This document shows positions 19,738 to 29,677 of a stretch of DNA of 52,313 bases, one piece after another. The notes under the pieces were generated by a model. The model had not been told where the DNA came from and ran no database searches. It worked only from the letters and a program-made list of their open reading frames with translations. The position numbers were made by a program, and so were the translations under genes. The DNA is from Acidimicrobiales bacterium (GTDB lineage Bacteria > Actinomycetota > Acidimicrobiia > Acidimicrobiales > SZUA-35), in contig JAHELU010000003.1 of assembly GCA_024644005.1 (NCBI GenBank), forward strand, positions 1 through 52,313, read 5' to 3'. Every line of letters starts with the position of its first letter. Within the stretch, counting starts at the first letter, position 1.

Positions 19738-20660
19738 CCGGCACCCTGCCACCGGTCGACGTCGCCCCGCCGGAGGTCGAGGAGGACGCTGCGCCGGCAA
19801 CCCCGGAGTTCGAGGCCGCCAGCCTGCGCCAGGAACGACGCCGAGGTCTGCTGATGGCCCTGCCGGCCTACGGCTACCTCGTGCTGTTCTTCGCCCTGCC
19901 GCTGCTCATCGTCGTGGTGTACTCCTTCGCCACCCGCAACCGGTTCGGGGGGACCGACCTGTCCGGCTGGAACATCGACTCCTACCGCCGGCTCGGCGAG
20001 CCCCTCGTGCGGGACATCCTGTTCCGATCGGTGGCCCTGGCCGTCATCACCACCGTGATCTGCCTGGTCGTCGCCTACCCGTTCGCCTACTACATGGCCA
20101 CGAGGAGCGAGGCCGTCCGCAACCTCATGCTCGTCTTCGTGATGATCCCCTTCTGGACCAACTTCCTCGTCCGCAACTTCGCCTGGCGGGTCATCCTCGG
20201 CACGGACGGCCCGCTGAGCCAGGTCACCGAAGCGGTCGGGATCGGCGAGACCCGGCTGCTGTTCACCCAGACCGCGGTGGTGCTCGGCCTCGTGTACGGG
20301 TTCCTCCCGTTCATGGTGCTGCCGCTGTACGCCGACATCGAGCGGATCGACGGCCGGCTGCTCGAGGCCAGTCGAGATCTCTACGCCACCGGGGCCCAGT
20401 CGTTCCGTCACGTGTTGCTGCCGCTGTCGATGCCGGGGGTCATCGCCGGTTCGATCCTGGTGTTCATCCCCAGCCTGGGGGCCTACGTGACGCCGGAGAT
20501 CCTCGGTGGGGCCAAGACCACCCTGCTCGGCGGCTACATCGTCACCCAGTTCCTGACCGCCAGGAACTGGCCGTTCGGCGCCTCCCTGTCGTTCGTGCTG
20601 ATGGCGGTCATGCTGACCGCCACCATCGTCTACTTCCGCAAGGGAGGGCGGACGCTGTGA
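19734..20660 (+). CDS. potB: ABC transporter permease (PotB-like)
   Basis: ORF 19698..20660. The ATG at 19734 overlaps the potA stop (ATGA). It is multi-TM with EASRDLYATGAQSFRHVLLPLSMPG. Confidence 0.85.
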   Translation: MTGTLPPVDVAPPEVEEDAAPATPEFEAASLRQERRRGLLMALPAYGYLVLFFALPLLIVVVYSFATRNRFGGTDLSGWNIDSYRRLGEPLVRDILFRSVALAVITTVICLVVAYPFAYYMATRSEAVRNLMLVFVMIPFWTNFLVRNFAWRVILGTDGPLSQVTEAVGIGETRLLFTQTAVVLGLVYGFLPFMVLPLYADIERIDGRLLEASRDLYATGAQSFRHVLLPLSMPGVIAGSILVFIPSLGAYVTPEILGGAKTTLLGGYIVTQFLTARNWPFGASLSFVLMAVMLTATIVYFRKGGRTL

Positions 20661-21520
20661 CCGCCGTCGGCGGCGTGACCCAGCCACGGGGTGCCACCCG
20701 GTGGTTGCTGCGGGCCAACACCTGGCTCGTCTACGGCTTCTTCTACGCCCCCATCGTGCTGCTGGTCGTGTTCTCCTTCAGCGGCAACCGCAACGTCGGT
20801 GTCTGGGGCGGCTTCACGCTCGACTGGTACCGGGACTTCGCGTCCGACGGCAACGTCCAGGGGGCGTTGCGGAACTCGATCCAGATCGCCGTGGCCTCGA
20901 CCGTGGTCTCGGTGGTCCTCGGCACCGCCGCGGCGCTGGCGCTCGAGCGGTTCACGTTCCGGGGCCGCCAGGTCTTCGATGCCCTCCTGTACCTGCCGAT
21001 CATCATCCCCGACGTGACGATGGCGGTCATGATGCTGCTGTTCTTCGCCCAGGCGGCCGAGCTGCTCGGGTTCTCGAAGGGCTTCGGCACGATCACCCTC
21101 AGCCACATCGCCTTCAACATCAGCTTCGTGTCGGTGGTGGTCCGGGCCCGGCTGGCCGGCATGGACGATCGCCTCGAGGAGGCGGCCCGAGACCTCTACG
21201 CCACCCGGTGGCAGGCATTCCGCCACGTGACGCTGCCGCTGATCATGCCCGGGGTGGCCGGCGGGGCCTTGCTCGCCTTCACGCTCTCGCTCGACGACGT
21301 GGTCATCACCCAGTTCGTGACGGGGCCCGGCTGGACGACGTTGCCGGTCTACGTCTTCGGCCTGATCCGCAAGGGCGTCACCCCCCTCATCAACGCCGTC
21401 TCGGTGGTGATGCTGCTCGCCTCGATGGCCCTCGTTGCGCTGTCTCTCGCCACACAGCGGGTCCGCGGTGGCCAGGATGCGATAGACGCCCGAGTCGGAC
21501 CCGATCAGGGCCTACCATGA
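20657..21520 (+). CDS. potC: ABC transporter permease (PotC-like)
   Basis: It lies in the frame of ORF 19562..21520. The GTG at 20657 overlaps the potB stop (GTGA). It has the EAARDLYATRWQAFRHVTLPLIMPG motif. Confidence 0.85.
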   Translation: MTAVGGVTQPRGATRWLLRANTWLVYGFFYAPIVLLVVFSFSGNRNVGVWGGFTLDWYRDFASDGNVQGALRNSIQIAVASTVVSVVLGTAAALALERFTFRGRQVFDALLYLPIIIPDVTMAVMMLLFFAQAAELLGFSKGFGTITLSHIAFNISFVSVVVRARLAGMDDRLEEAARDLYATRWQAFRHVTLPLIMPGVAGGALLAFTLSLDDVVITQFVTGPGWTTLPVYVFGLIRKGVTPLINAVSVVMLLASMALVALSLATQRVRGGQDAIDARVGPDQGLP

Positions 21521-21565
21521 CGGAACGGCGGAGCCCACCGCTCCGTGACACAGGGGAGACAAGCA

Positions 21566-22714
21566 ATGACGATCCGAACGACCTCGCCGCCGCTCCAGAT
21601 CGGGAGCGGCCGACTGCGACGCCCCACGATGGGGCTGGCCGCCGTGCTGGCCCTGATCCTCGTCGCCGCCGGTTGCGGCGGTGACGACGGTGCGGAGTCC
21701 TCGGCCGAGGGCTGCGAGGTCGGCGAGGTCGACGGCGACCTCGCCCTCTACAACTGGGCGGAGTACATCGACGCCGAGCAGCTCGACGCGTTCGCCGCCG
21801 AGTTCGGGATCGAGGCGACGATGGACACCTACGACTCGAACGAGGCCATGCAGCCGGTGATCTCGGCCGGCAACTCCGGTTTCGACGTCATCGTCCCGTC
21901 CGACTACATGGTGGCCATCCTGATCGACGGCGAGATCATCCAGCCCCTGAACTTCGACCTGATCCCCAACGCCGCCAACATCTCGGACGACTTCGCCAAC
22001 CCTTCCTACGATCCCGAGCAGGCGTACTCGGTGCCCTATCAGTGGGGGTACACCGGCCTGGCCGTCAACACCGCCGTGGCCGGCACCGACTTTCCCCGGT
22101 CGTGGGATCTCGTGTTCGGACCGGAAGCCGACGAATACGCCGGCAAGATCACCCTCCTGAACGACCCACGGGAGACGCTGGGAGCGGCCCTCAAGGCGCT
22201 CGGCTACTCGCTGAACACCACCGACGAGGGCGAGCTCGACGAGGCCGAGGCCCTGGTGGCGTCGGCCAGGGACAACCTCCTGGCGTTCAACACCGACTCG
22301 ACCGACGAGCTGCTGACCAGCGGTGAGAGCGTCATCGCCCACGGCTACTCCGGTGACATGTTCACCCAGTTCCTGGAGACCGAGAACCCGGACGACTACG
22401 TGTTCTTCGTCCCGGCGGAGGGTGGCACACGCTGGATCGACAACATGGCGATCCCGTTCGACGCCCCCCATCCCTGCACGGCCCACACCTTCATCAACTG
22501 GCTGCTCGACGCCGAGCAGGGCGCTGCCCTGTCGAACTTCAACTACTACGGCACCCCCAACGAGGCGTCGATCGACCTGCTCGAACCCGAGCTGAACGAG
22601 TTCCTGACCGATCCGGACGTGCTGGTGGGCGGCCTCGACTCCGTCGAGTCGATCGCCGACACCGGGGAGTTCGAAACCCGCTACGCCGACGCCTTCGCCA
22701 ACGCAAAGGGCTAG
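21566..22714 (+). CDS. potD: polyamine ABC transporter substrate-binding lipoprotein (PotD/PotF-like)
   Basis: ORF 21545..22714. The ATG at 21566 follows GGGGAG. It has a lipobox (LVAAGC) and the motifs LYNWAEYID and DVIVPSDYMV. Confidence 0.85.
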   Translation: MTIRTTSPPLQIGSGRLRRPTMGLAAVLALILVAAGCGGDDGAESSAEGCEVGEVDGDLALYNWAEYIDAEQLDAFAAEFGIEATMDTYDSNEAMQPVISAGNSGFDVIVPSDYMVAILIDGEIIQPLNFDLIPNAANISDDFANPSYDPEQAYSVPYQWGYTGLAVNTAVAGTDFPRSWDLVFGPEADEYAGKITLLNDPRETLGAALKALGYSLNTTDEGELDEAEALVASARDNLLAFNTDSTDELLTSGESVIAHGYSGDMFTQFLETENPDDYVFFVPAEGGTRWIDNMAIPFDAPHPCTAHTFINWLLDAEQGAALSNFNYYGTPNEASIDLLEPELNEFLTDPDVLVGGLDSVESIADTGEFETRYADAFANAKG

Positions 22715-22722
22715 CAACGGCC

Positions 22723-23877
22723 ATGCGAGCCTCCTCCGACGACATCGACACCGCCTCCGTCGACGCCGCCCTGAGCACCACCCGGGCGGTCAGGTTCCGA
22801 CTCGACCTCGAGCGGCCCGTCGACCAGCAGATCATCCTCGACTGCATCGACATCGCCGAGCAGGCCCCGAGCGGGGGCAACCAGGGAAGCAGACGATGGC
22901 TGGTCGTGAGGGACCCGGAGCTCAAGGCCCGCCTGGCCGAGCTGTACATGAGCTCGGCCGGCCGGTGGATGGTGGAGGCCAGGGACAAGCTCGTCGGCAC
23001 CGGCCACCACAACGAGAAGGTGATGGCCTCGGCCGCCCACCTGGCCGAGCACCTGGCCGAGGTGCCGGTCATCGTCATCCCCACCATCATCGGCCGCCAC
23101 GACGACAGCGGCCGGCCGGGGCTGTTCGACTCGGTCATCCAGTCGGCCTGGAGCTTCTCGGTGGCGCTGCGGGCCAGGGGCCTCGGCTCGGCGTGGACCA
23201 CTGCGATACTCAACGCGGACGACGAGATCGCCGACCTGCTCGGCATCCCGCCGGAGATGACCCAGATCGCCATGCTCCCGGTGGCCTGGACGAAGGGAAC
23301 CGAGTTCAGCACGGCCCCCCGCTACCCCGCCCGGGACGTCACCTACGTCGACGGCTTCGGCCGCATCTACGACTCCGGGCCGAGCTCGCCGATCACGCTG
23401 GCCGACGGCCCCGGCACGGTGGTGGAGCGCGACATCAAGGCCCCGATCGAGCGCTTGTGGGAGCTGGTGTCCGACATCTCCATGCCGGCCGCGTTCAGCG
23501 AGGAGCTCGTCGGGGCCGAGTGGGCCGACGGCGTCGACGGGCCCGCCGTCGGGGCCAGGTTCACCGGACGGAGCACCCACGAGGCCCGAGGCGAGTGGGA
23601 GGTGCCCTGCTTCGTCACCATCTGCGAGGAGCCCCACCGCTTCGGTTGGGTCACATCCGACCCGGACGATCCCGGGGCCAGGTGGCGCTTCGAGCTGGAG
23701 CGGATCGCCGGGTCGGTCCGGGTCCGGTTCATCCTCAACCTCGGGCCGGGGCCGTCCGGGATCTCCGAGGTCATCGAGGCCCGGCCCGAGCTCGAGGCCA
23801 GGATCCTGAACCGTCGGATCGCCGAGCACCGGGCCAACATGGCTCGGGTCGTCGAAGGCCTCGCCACCCTCGTCTGA
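22723..23877 (+). CDS. fusion protein: N-terminal nitroreductase-family domain plus C-terminal SRPBCC (START/polyketide-cyclase-like) domain
   Basis: The N-terminal part contains TTRAVRFRLDLERPVDQQIILDCIDIAEQAPSGGNQGSRRWLVV. The C-terminal part contains VERDIKAPIERLWELVSDISMPAAFSEE...RFGWV...WRFELE. Confidence 0.7.
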   Translation: MRASSDDIDTASVDAALSTTRAVRFRLDLERPVDQQIILDCIDIAEQAPSGGNQGSRRWLVVRDPELKARLAELYMSSAGRWMVEARDKLVGTGHHNEKVMASAAHLAEHLAEVPVIVIPTIIGRHDDSGRPGLFDSVIQSAWSFSVALRARGLGSAWTTAILNADDEIADLLGIPPEMTQIAMLPVAWTKGTEFSTAPRYPARDVTYVDGFGRIYDSGPSSPITLADGPGTVVERDIKAPIERLWELVSDISMPAAFSEELVGAEWADGVDGPAVGARFTGRSTHEARGEWEVPCFVTICEEPHRFGWVTSDPDDPGARWRFELERIAGSVRVRFILNLGPGPSGISEVIEARPELEARILNRRIAEHRANMARVVEGLATLV

Positions 23878-23930
23878 TCGGCCCGATCAGGCGGTGACCG
23901 CCACCGGCAACGGCTGCGGACCGGGCATCC

Positions 23931-24719
23931 CTACATCGTGAACCGGAGGTTGCGGGCCGCCTTCTCGCCCCACTCGGCGTCGCCTGACCAGCTGATCCGC
24001 CCCTCGTCGATCGGGCCCTGCGGGTCGATGCGACCGCAGGCCAGCTGGACGAAGGTCAACGAGTCGGTGGTGACCTCGACCGACGGGTCGTCCAGGTGAT
24101 CGACCTTGGCCGCCCGCCCGTCGACCGCGGCGTAGATGTCCCGCTCGACCGGACCGGTCAGATGGAAGGCGATGCTCATCCCGTCCGGCAGCCCGATCCG
24201 CTTGCCGACGATGTAGCCGATCGAGCCGTGGACCTCGTCGACTGCGGTTTCGGCCGCCGGTCCCCCGTCGTCGGTCTGGCGACCGAGTGGGGTCGTGATG
24301 TCCCGCTCGTGGACCCAGAAGTCGAACACCCGGATGTCCATGAACCGGTGGTAGGTGCCGGGCCCGACCGGCGTCATCGACGGCGACGCGAAGAGCTCGT
24401 CGGTCGACGCTGCGAGGTCGGCGCGGCGAGCATCGAAGATGGCCTTCGTCTCGGTCACGAGCCGGTCGGTGGACCACGCCGCGGCGGCAGCGGTGAACGG
24501 CTCGATCTCGGCGAACGGCGGTGGATCCTCTGCCGACGCCGGCGCCCACCCCGAGAGCACGTGCTCGACCCCGGCCAGATGGCCGATCACGCCTTTCACG
24601 TCCCAGTCCGGGCACAACGACTGGCTGGCCCACTCCTCGGCGGAGAGGGAGTCGATCAGGTCCTCGATCGAGCGGTAGCAGGTCTCGAGGTTCTCGATGG
24701 TCTGGGTCCGGGAGGTCAT
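23931..24719 (-). CDS. DinB/maleylpyruvate-isomerase-family (mycothiol-dependent type) protein
   Basis: ORF 23931..24758. The ATG at 24719 has GAGGAAG upstream. The motif EWASQSLCPDWDVKGVIGHLAGVEH is present. Confidence 0.75.
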   Translation of the reverse strand: MTSRTQTIENLETCYRSIEDLIDSLSAEEWASQSLCPDWDVKGVIGHLAGVEHVLSGWAPASAEDPPPFAEIEPFTAAAAAWSTDRLVTETKAIFDARRADLAASTDELFASPSMTPVGPGTYHRFMDIRVFDFWVHERDITTPLGRQTDDGGPAAETAVDEVHGSIGYIVGKRIGLPDGMSIAFHLTGPVERDIYAAVDGRAAKVDHLDDPSVEVTTDSLTFVQLACGRIDPQGPIDEGRISWSGDAEWGEKAARNLRFTM

Positions 24720-24807
24720 CGGTGCAGCTTCCTCGGTAGGGGTCGTCGGGGCGACCACGATCCTGACAGCTCGGCGGCGACCGGTCCACCCGGCCCTCCG
24801 CTGCCGC

Positions 24808-25572
24808 TCACCGGGCGCTGGAGCCGCCGTCGACCGTGAGTGTGGTGCCCGACACGTGCCCGGCCCGCTCCGATGCCAGGAAGACCACGACGTCCGCCAC
24901 CTGCTCGGCGGTGGCCGGCGCCGGGTCGCGGGGTATCAGCTCCTCCCACCGCTCGGCATCGCCCAACCGGCGGGCCGCCGACTCCCGCAGCAGCGTCTCG
25001 AGCCGGGCGGTCAGCGTCAGCCCCGGATTGATGCCTACCACCCGCACGCCGCTGCGGGGAGCGGATCCTCCGAGCGCCTTGGTCAGCCCGACCAGGGCGG
25101 CGTTCCCGGCGGCGCCCGCGATGTAGTCGGCGGAGGGTCGGTCGGCGGCGGCACCGATGATGTTGATGATGACCCCGGTTCCCCTGTCGCTCATCTGGGG
25201 CAGCACCAGCCGGCACAGGTTGATGTAGCCGAAGACCTTGAGGTCCCAGGCGGCCCGCCACTCCTTCTCGTCGATCGCGTCGAGCGTGCCGCCGGGGATG
25301 GCGCCGGCGTTGTTGACGAGGATGTCGATGGGACCGACGACGTCCACCAGGGCGGCCTGGTGCTCGGTCCGCGCCAGGTCGCAGGAGTGGCTCGAGACGT
25401 CGACGTCGTAGGTGGCCCGCAGCGCTCGCGTCGCCGCCTTCAGGGGTTCGACCGTCCGGGCGGCGATGGCCAGGTGAACCCCTTCGGCCGCCAACCCATG
25501 GGCGCAGGCCAGCCCGATACCCCTCGACCCCCCGGTGATGAGGGCCCGCTTGCCCGCAAGGTTGAGTTCCAT
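24808..25572 (-). CDS. SDR family oxidoreductase
   Basis: The ATG at 25572 gives MELNLAGKRALITGGSRGIGLA. The NNAGA and YIAGAAG region follows. Confidence 0.85.
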   Translation of the reverse strand: MELNLAGKRALITGGSRGIGLACAHGLAAEGVHLAIAARTVEPLKAATRALRATYDVDVSSHSCDLARTEHQAALVDVVGPIDILVNNAGAIPGGTLDAIDEKEWRAAWDLKVFGYINLCRLVLPQMSDRGTGVIINIIGAAADRPSADYIAGAAGNAALVGLTKALGGSAPRSGVRVVGINPGLTLTARLETLLRESAARRLGDAERWEELIPRDPAPATAEQVADVVVFLASERAGHVSGTTLTVDGGSSAR

Positions 25573-25585
25573 CGCCGGCTCCAAG

Positions 25586-26884
25586 CTATCGAGGCGGGCT
25601 CCTGGGCGGTACCCGATCGACCGGCAGCCTGGCCAACAGGATGATGGCGGCGCTGGTCAGCGTGGCCGCCGCCGACAGGACGAACGGCAGTGCGTAGCCG
25701 CCGGACATGTCCGCCAGCCAGCCGACGAGGAAGGGCCCGGCCCCCGACCCGACCTGGGCCGCCAGCCCGATCACCCCGAACACCGTACCGAGCGACACCA
25801 GTCCGAACGTCTCGGCCACCAGCAGCGTCTGCATCATGTAGATGTTGCCGATGGTGAAGCCGACGATGAGCACGAACCCGTAGGTCGGCACCACGCCGTC
25901 GAATGCCAGCACGCCGAGAACCGCCAGCCCCTGGATCAGGAACAGCCCGGCGCTGACCAGGACCTTGTCGAGCCGGTCGGCGAAGCGACCGACGGCCAGT
26001 CGAGCAACGACGCTGCCGAATGCCGTGGTGCTCAGCGCGAACGCGGCGGCGTCGCGGGAGCCGAGCCGATCCTCGAGGAAGGCGATCTGGTGCAGCAGGA
26101 ACCCGGTCTGGGCCATCAGCACCAGCAGGAAGGCGATCAGCATCGCCCAGAACGGTACGGTCCTGGCCGCCGCAGCCCGGGACCAGACCCGCCGCTGCAC
26201 GTCGTCGCCGAGCGCGACCCGGTCGACACCGGCGTTCGGCGAGCCGGCATCGGGACGCAGGCCGAGCTCGCCGGGGTCCCAGACGAGCACCCAGATCACG
26301 ATCGGCAGCCCGACCACCAGGACGAGCACCCCCAGCACCGGGGCGGCGAGCGACAGCCCGCCGACACCGACCAGCCAGCTGCCGAGCGGGCTGAGCACGA
26401 TGCCGCCCATCGAGACCCCCGTGGCGCTGATGCTCATGGCCTGGGCCCGCCTGGTGACGAACCAGCGGGCCATGATCGAGTTGACCGGCACGGCCCCGGC
26501 CAGGCCGAACGCCACGGCCTGGATGAAGTAGACGACGTAGAGCCCGAGCAGCGACGACACCGAACCGAGGGCGATGGCCGAGAGCCCCACCAGCAGCACG
26601 CCGAGCAGCAGGTAGCGGCGGGGGCCGTATCGGTCCACGAGCGGTCCCACCAGGAAGCCGGTGATGCCGCTCACGGTGAAGTACATGCCGGTGGCGCCGG
26701 AGACGGCCGTGTTCGACCAGCCGTTCTCCTCCTGCAGCGGGCGGAGGAACACCGCCAGCCCGTAGTAGCCGACGCCGACCGTGGCGAACATCAGCGCCGC
26801 AACGCCCACCGTGATCCACCAGCCGTAGTGCACCCGCCGCGGCAGCACCCGGTACCCGAGGGTCCGCTCCGCCACGACGGTCAC
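25586..26884 (-). CDS. MFS transporter
   Basis: 432-aa ORF with about 12 hydrophobic segments and the PLVDRYGPRR loop motif. Confidence 0.85.
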   Translation of the reverse strand: MTVVAERTLGYRVLPRRVHYGWWITVGVAALMFATVGVGYYGLAVFLRPLQEENGWSNTAVSGATGMYFTVSGITGFLVGPLVDRYGPRRYLLLGVLLVGLSAIALGSVSSLLGLYVVYFIQAVAFGLAGAVPVNSIMARWFVTRRAQAMSISATGVSMGGIVLSPLGSWLVGVGGLSLAAPVLGVLVLVVGLPIVIWVLVWDPGELGLRPDAGSPNAGVDRVALGDDVQRRVWSRAAAARTVPFWAMLIAFLLVLMAQTGFLLHQIAFLEDRLGSRDAAAFALSTTAFGSVVARLAVGRFADRLDKVLVSAGLFLIQGLAVLGVLAFDGVVPTYGFVLIVGFTIGNIYMMQTLLVAETFGLVSLGTVFGVIGLAAQVGSGAGPFLVGWLADMSGGYALPFVLSAAATLTSAAIILLARLPVDRVPPRSPPR

Positions 26885-26982
26885 GCGAGAGCCACGGACC
26901 GGTCGGCGCCCGCCGCCGGGGCCACGCCGCGGCGGCTCGACGTGGTTGGAGGGAACGGGGCGATGCCGCTAAAACTACGCCG

Positions 26983-27498
26983 GTGTCCGAATCGAACGCA
27001 AAGCTCCCCCCGGGCCAGTCGGTGCCACCGATGGTCTCGTTCGTGGCTCCATCGGGCACGGGCAAGACCACCCTCCTGGAGGGGGTGATCGCCGAGCTGG
27101 GAGCCCGGGGCCACCGGGTCGGGGCGGTCAAGCACGACGCCCACCGGATCGAGCTCGACACCGAGGGCAAGGACTCGTGGCGGCTCCGCCAGGCCGGGGC
27201 ACCGTCGACGCTGCTGATGGGCCTGAACCAGCTGGCCTGGTTCGGGCCCGAGGGCGGTGGCCCGTCGCTGCTGCAGGCCGTTGCGCTGTTCCATGCCGAT
27301 ATGGACATCGTGCTGGTCGAGGGGTTCCGCTCCGAGGAGCTACCGACCGTGCTGGTGTGTCGGCCCGATCACCGAGATGACCGCTGGGAAGCCCCCGACC
27401 CGGGCCGCGTGCTCATCACCGTCGGACCGGGCGAGGTCGAGCGGGTGGCCGACCTGATCGAGGCGCGCTTCCTCGGCCACGCCGACCGCGACGGATGA
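26983..27498 (+). CDS. mobB: molybdopterin-guanine dinucleotide biosynthesis protein B
   Basis: APSGTGKTTLLEGVIAELGARGHRVGAVKHDAHRIELDTEGKDSWR. The alternative ATG start at 27031 (MVSFVAPSG) is equally plausible. Confidence 0.8.
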   Translation: MSESNAKLPPGQSVPPMVSFVAPSGTGKTTLLEGVIAELGARGHRVGAVKHDAHRIELDTEGKDSWRLRQAGAPSTLLMGLNQLAWFGPEGGGPSLLQAVALFHADMDIVLVEGFRSEELPTVLVCRPDHRDDRWEAPDPGRVLITVGPGEVERVADLIEARFLGHADRDG

Positions 27499-27541
27499 GG
27501 TCACGCTCAATACCGGCGGTCAGCGGGCCGATAGTGTCTCC

Positions 27542-28018
27542 ATGGCCGAGACCACGCCTCCATCAGCGACCCAGTCCCTGATCGCGCAGCTGGAGCTCGC
27601 TCTCGCCGAGCCGGAGCCGATGTGCCTGGCCATCGTCAGGGTCGAGTGCCGGCCCGACCCGGCTGATCCGGCCGATGGTGGGCCGAGGGCCGCAGACCCG
27701 GCCGTGGTCGATGCGGTCAACGAGCGCCTGCGAGACAACCTTCGCCGTTACGACGAACTGGCCGAGTTCGACGGCAACGCATTCTCGGTGGTGCTGCGGA
27801 CGCTGGCCGATGCCTCGGTGCTCGAAGGGCGGCTGCGCAACCTGTTCGCCGAGATGACCCAGCCCTACGTGGTCGACGGCTCGGAGCGCGAGGTCCGGAT
27901 CGTCTTCGGCGCCGCAGTGCGCTGGCCCCAGGAGAGCCCGAACGCATTGCTGGCGAGAGCGGAGGCGGCGGTGGACACGGCCCGCTCGAACGCCGGAGCT
28001 GCGCCGATCGTCCTCTGA
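27542..28018 (+). CDS. stand-alone degenerate GGDEF-like domain protein
   Basis: The layout resembles a diguanylate cyclase core (LAIVRVE, RYDELAEFDGNAFSVVL, RIVFGAAV, LLARAEAAVDTAR). FDGNAF replaces GGDEF. Confidence 0.5.
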   Translation: MAETTPPSATQSLIAQLELALAEPEPMCLAIVRVECRPDPADPADGGPRAADPAVVDAVNERLRDNLRRYDELAEFDGNAFSVVLRTLADASVLEGRLRNLFAEMTQPYVVDGSEREVRIVFGAAVRWPQESPNALLARAEAAVDTARSNAGAAPIVL

Positions 28019-28149
28019 GGGCCCCCGGCGCGCACTGCTCGCCCGCCGGTCGGTGGGGCGCGGAGATGCTCCGCCGGTGTCCCGTGCGCGATAGTGGTCG
28101 GCGAGCGGGTCGCCTGGCCCGCTGAGCCGCTCTGACGCCAGGGGGACGC

Positions 28150-29589
28150 ATGGCAGAACTGCACGAGCTGGATGCCACGGATCAGGCCCGGCTGGTGGCC
28201 GCGGGCCAGGTGTCGTCCCGAGAGCTGGTCGATCACGCCATCGACAGGATAGAGACCCTGAACCCGACGGTGAACGCCGTGATCTGGACCGACTTCGAGC
28301 GAGCCAGGGAAGCTGCGACGGCCATCGACGACGACACCACCAACGGACCCACGGTCGACGCTCCGTTTCGCGGTGTCCCCTTCCTGCTGAAGGACATCGG
28401 GGCCACCCAGGCCGGTCTGCCGTACTGGCTCGGCAACCGGGCCCTGAAGGCCATCGATCACCGTCGCAGCACCGACACCGAGCTCGGGGCACGGTTCCGG
28501 GCAGCGGGACTGGTGACGCTCGGCAAGACGAACCTTCCCGAGCTCGGCAGCTCCCCGACCACCCAGCCGCTCAGCTGCGGTCCCACCAGGAACCCGTGGG
28601 ACGGCGAGCGCTCGCCGGCCGGGTCGAGTGGCGGGGCCGGCGCTGCGGTGGCCTCGGGCATGGTGGCAATCGCCCACGCCAACGACGGCGGCGGCTCGAC
28701 GAGGCTCCCTGCGGCCTGGTGCGGGCTGGTCGGCCTGAGGACCACCAGGGGTCGGATCCCGAACCCGGAGGAGACCTCCCGGCTGGTGTCGGAGCTGGCG
28801 GTCACGAAGTCGGTGAGGGACACCGCACGACTGCTCGACGCGGTCAAGGGCGCCACCGACGCCGATCTGTTCAATGTCGCCGAGTCAACCGGCAGCTACG
28901 AGTCCTGCCTCGAGGCCGACGCCGGGCCGCTCCGGGTGGCGATGCTCACCGACGGCGGCCGGTGGCCGGTCGACGACGAGTGCGTGGTGGCGGCCGAGCA
29001 CGCCGCCGTCCTACTCGCCGACCTGGGCCACGACATCGAGCCGGTCTCCTCCGACGTACTGCTCGGCCCGAGCTCCGAGGTGAACGGGCGGCTATGGCAA
29101 TCCGCGCTGGCCAGACGGGTCGAGATGCTCGGCGAGCTGGCCGGCCGACCTCTCACCGCGGACGACGTCGAGCCGTACAACTGGACCGCGGCCGAGCGTG
29201 GCAAGTCGATGCTGGCCACCGAGCTGATGGCGGCCACCGAGCAGCAGCAGCGATGGGTGGTCTCGGTCATCGACTGGCAGTCCCAGTACGACCTGCTGCT
29301 GACCCCGACCTCGGGCGCCATCCCGCAACGAACGGACGACCTGTGGCCGCCCGAGGGCCAACCGTGGCGCATCGGCAAGCGGTACGCCCAGATCGGGGCC
29401 TTCACCCTCCCGTTCAACGCCACCGGCCAGCCGGCCATCTCCCTGCCGCTGTACTGGACCGAAGGCGGGCTACCCGTCGGCATCCAGCTCGTCGGCGGCA
29501 TGGGCCGGGAGGATCTCCTGCTGCGGGTCGCGGCCGGGCTCGAGCGGGCGGCGCCGTGGTACCACCGCTATCCGGCCGCCATCGGCTGA
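28150..29589 (+). CDS. amidase (amidase-signature family)
   Basis: 479-aa ORF with GGSSGGAGAAVASGMV and the KD..GT motif LLKDIGAT. Confidence 0.9.
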   Translation: MAELHELDATDQARLVAAGQVSSRELVDHAIDRIETLNPTVNAVIWTDFERAREAATAIDDDTTNGPTVDAPFRGVPFLLKDIGATQAGLPYWLGNRALKAIDHRRSTDTELGARFRAAGLVTLGKTNLPELGSSPTTQPLSCGPTRNPWDGERSPAGSSGGAGAAVASGMVAIAHANDGGGSTRLPAAWCGLVGLRTTRGRIPNPEETSRLVSELAVTKSVRDTARLLDAVKGATDADLFNVAESTGSYESCLEADAGPLRVAMLTDGGRWPVDDECVVAAEHAAVLLADLGHDIEPVSSDVLLGPSSEVNGRLWQSALARRVEMLGELAGRPLTADDVEPYNWTAAERGKSMLATELMAATEQQQRWVVSVIDWQSQYDLLLTPTSGAIPQRTDDLWPPEGQPWRIGKRYAQIGAFTLPFNATGQPAISLPLYWTEGGLPVGIQLVGGMGREDLLLRVAAGLERAAPWYHRYPAAIG

Positions 29590-29677
29590 GGGCCGGCCGA
29601 TCACCATCCAGGTCCGGCTGGTCGCCGATCGGCGGGAGACCGCAGATCCCGGCTGAGCGGACTCGTCGGACGGTCGG

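Noticed and set aside
26885-26982. Possible Moco riboswitch upstream of mobB.
   Set aside because: The gap is under 100 nt and is shared with the divergent MFS promoter. I could not find the conserved Moco-motif helices or loop sequences.
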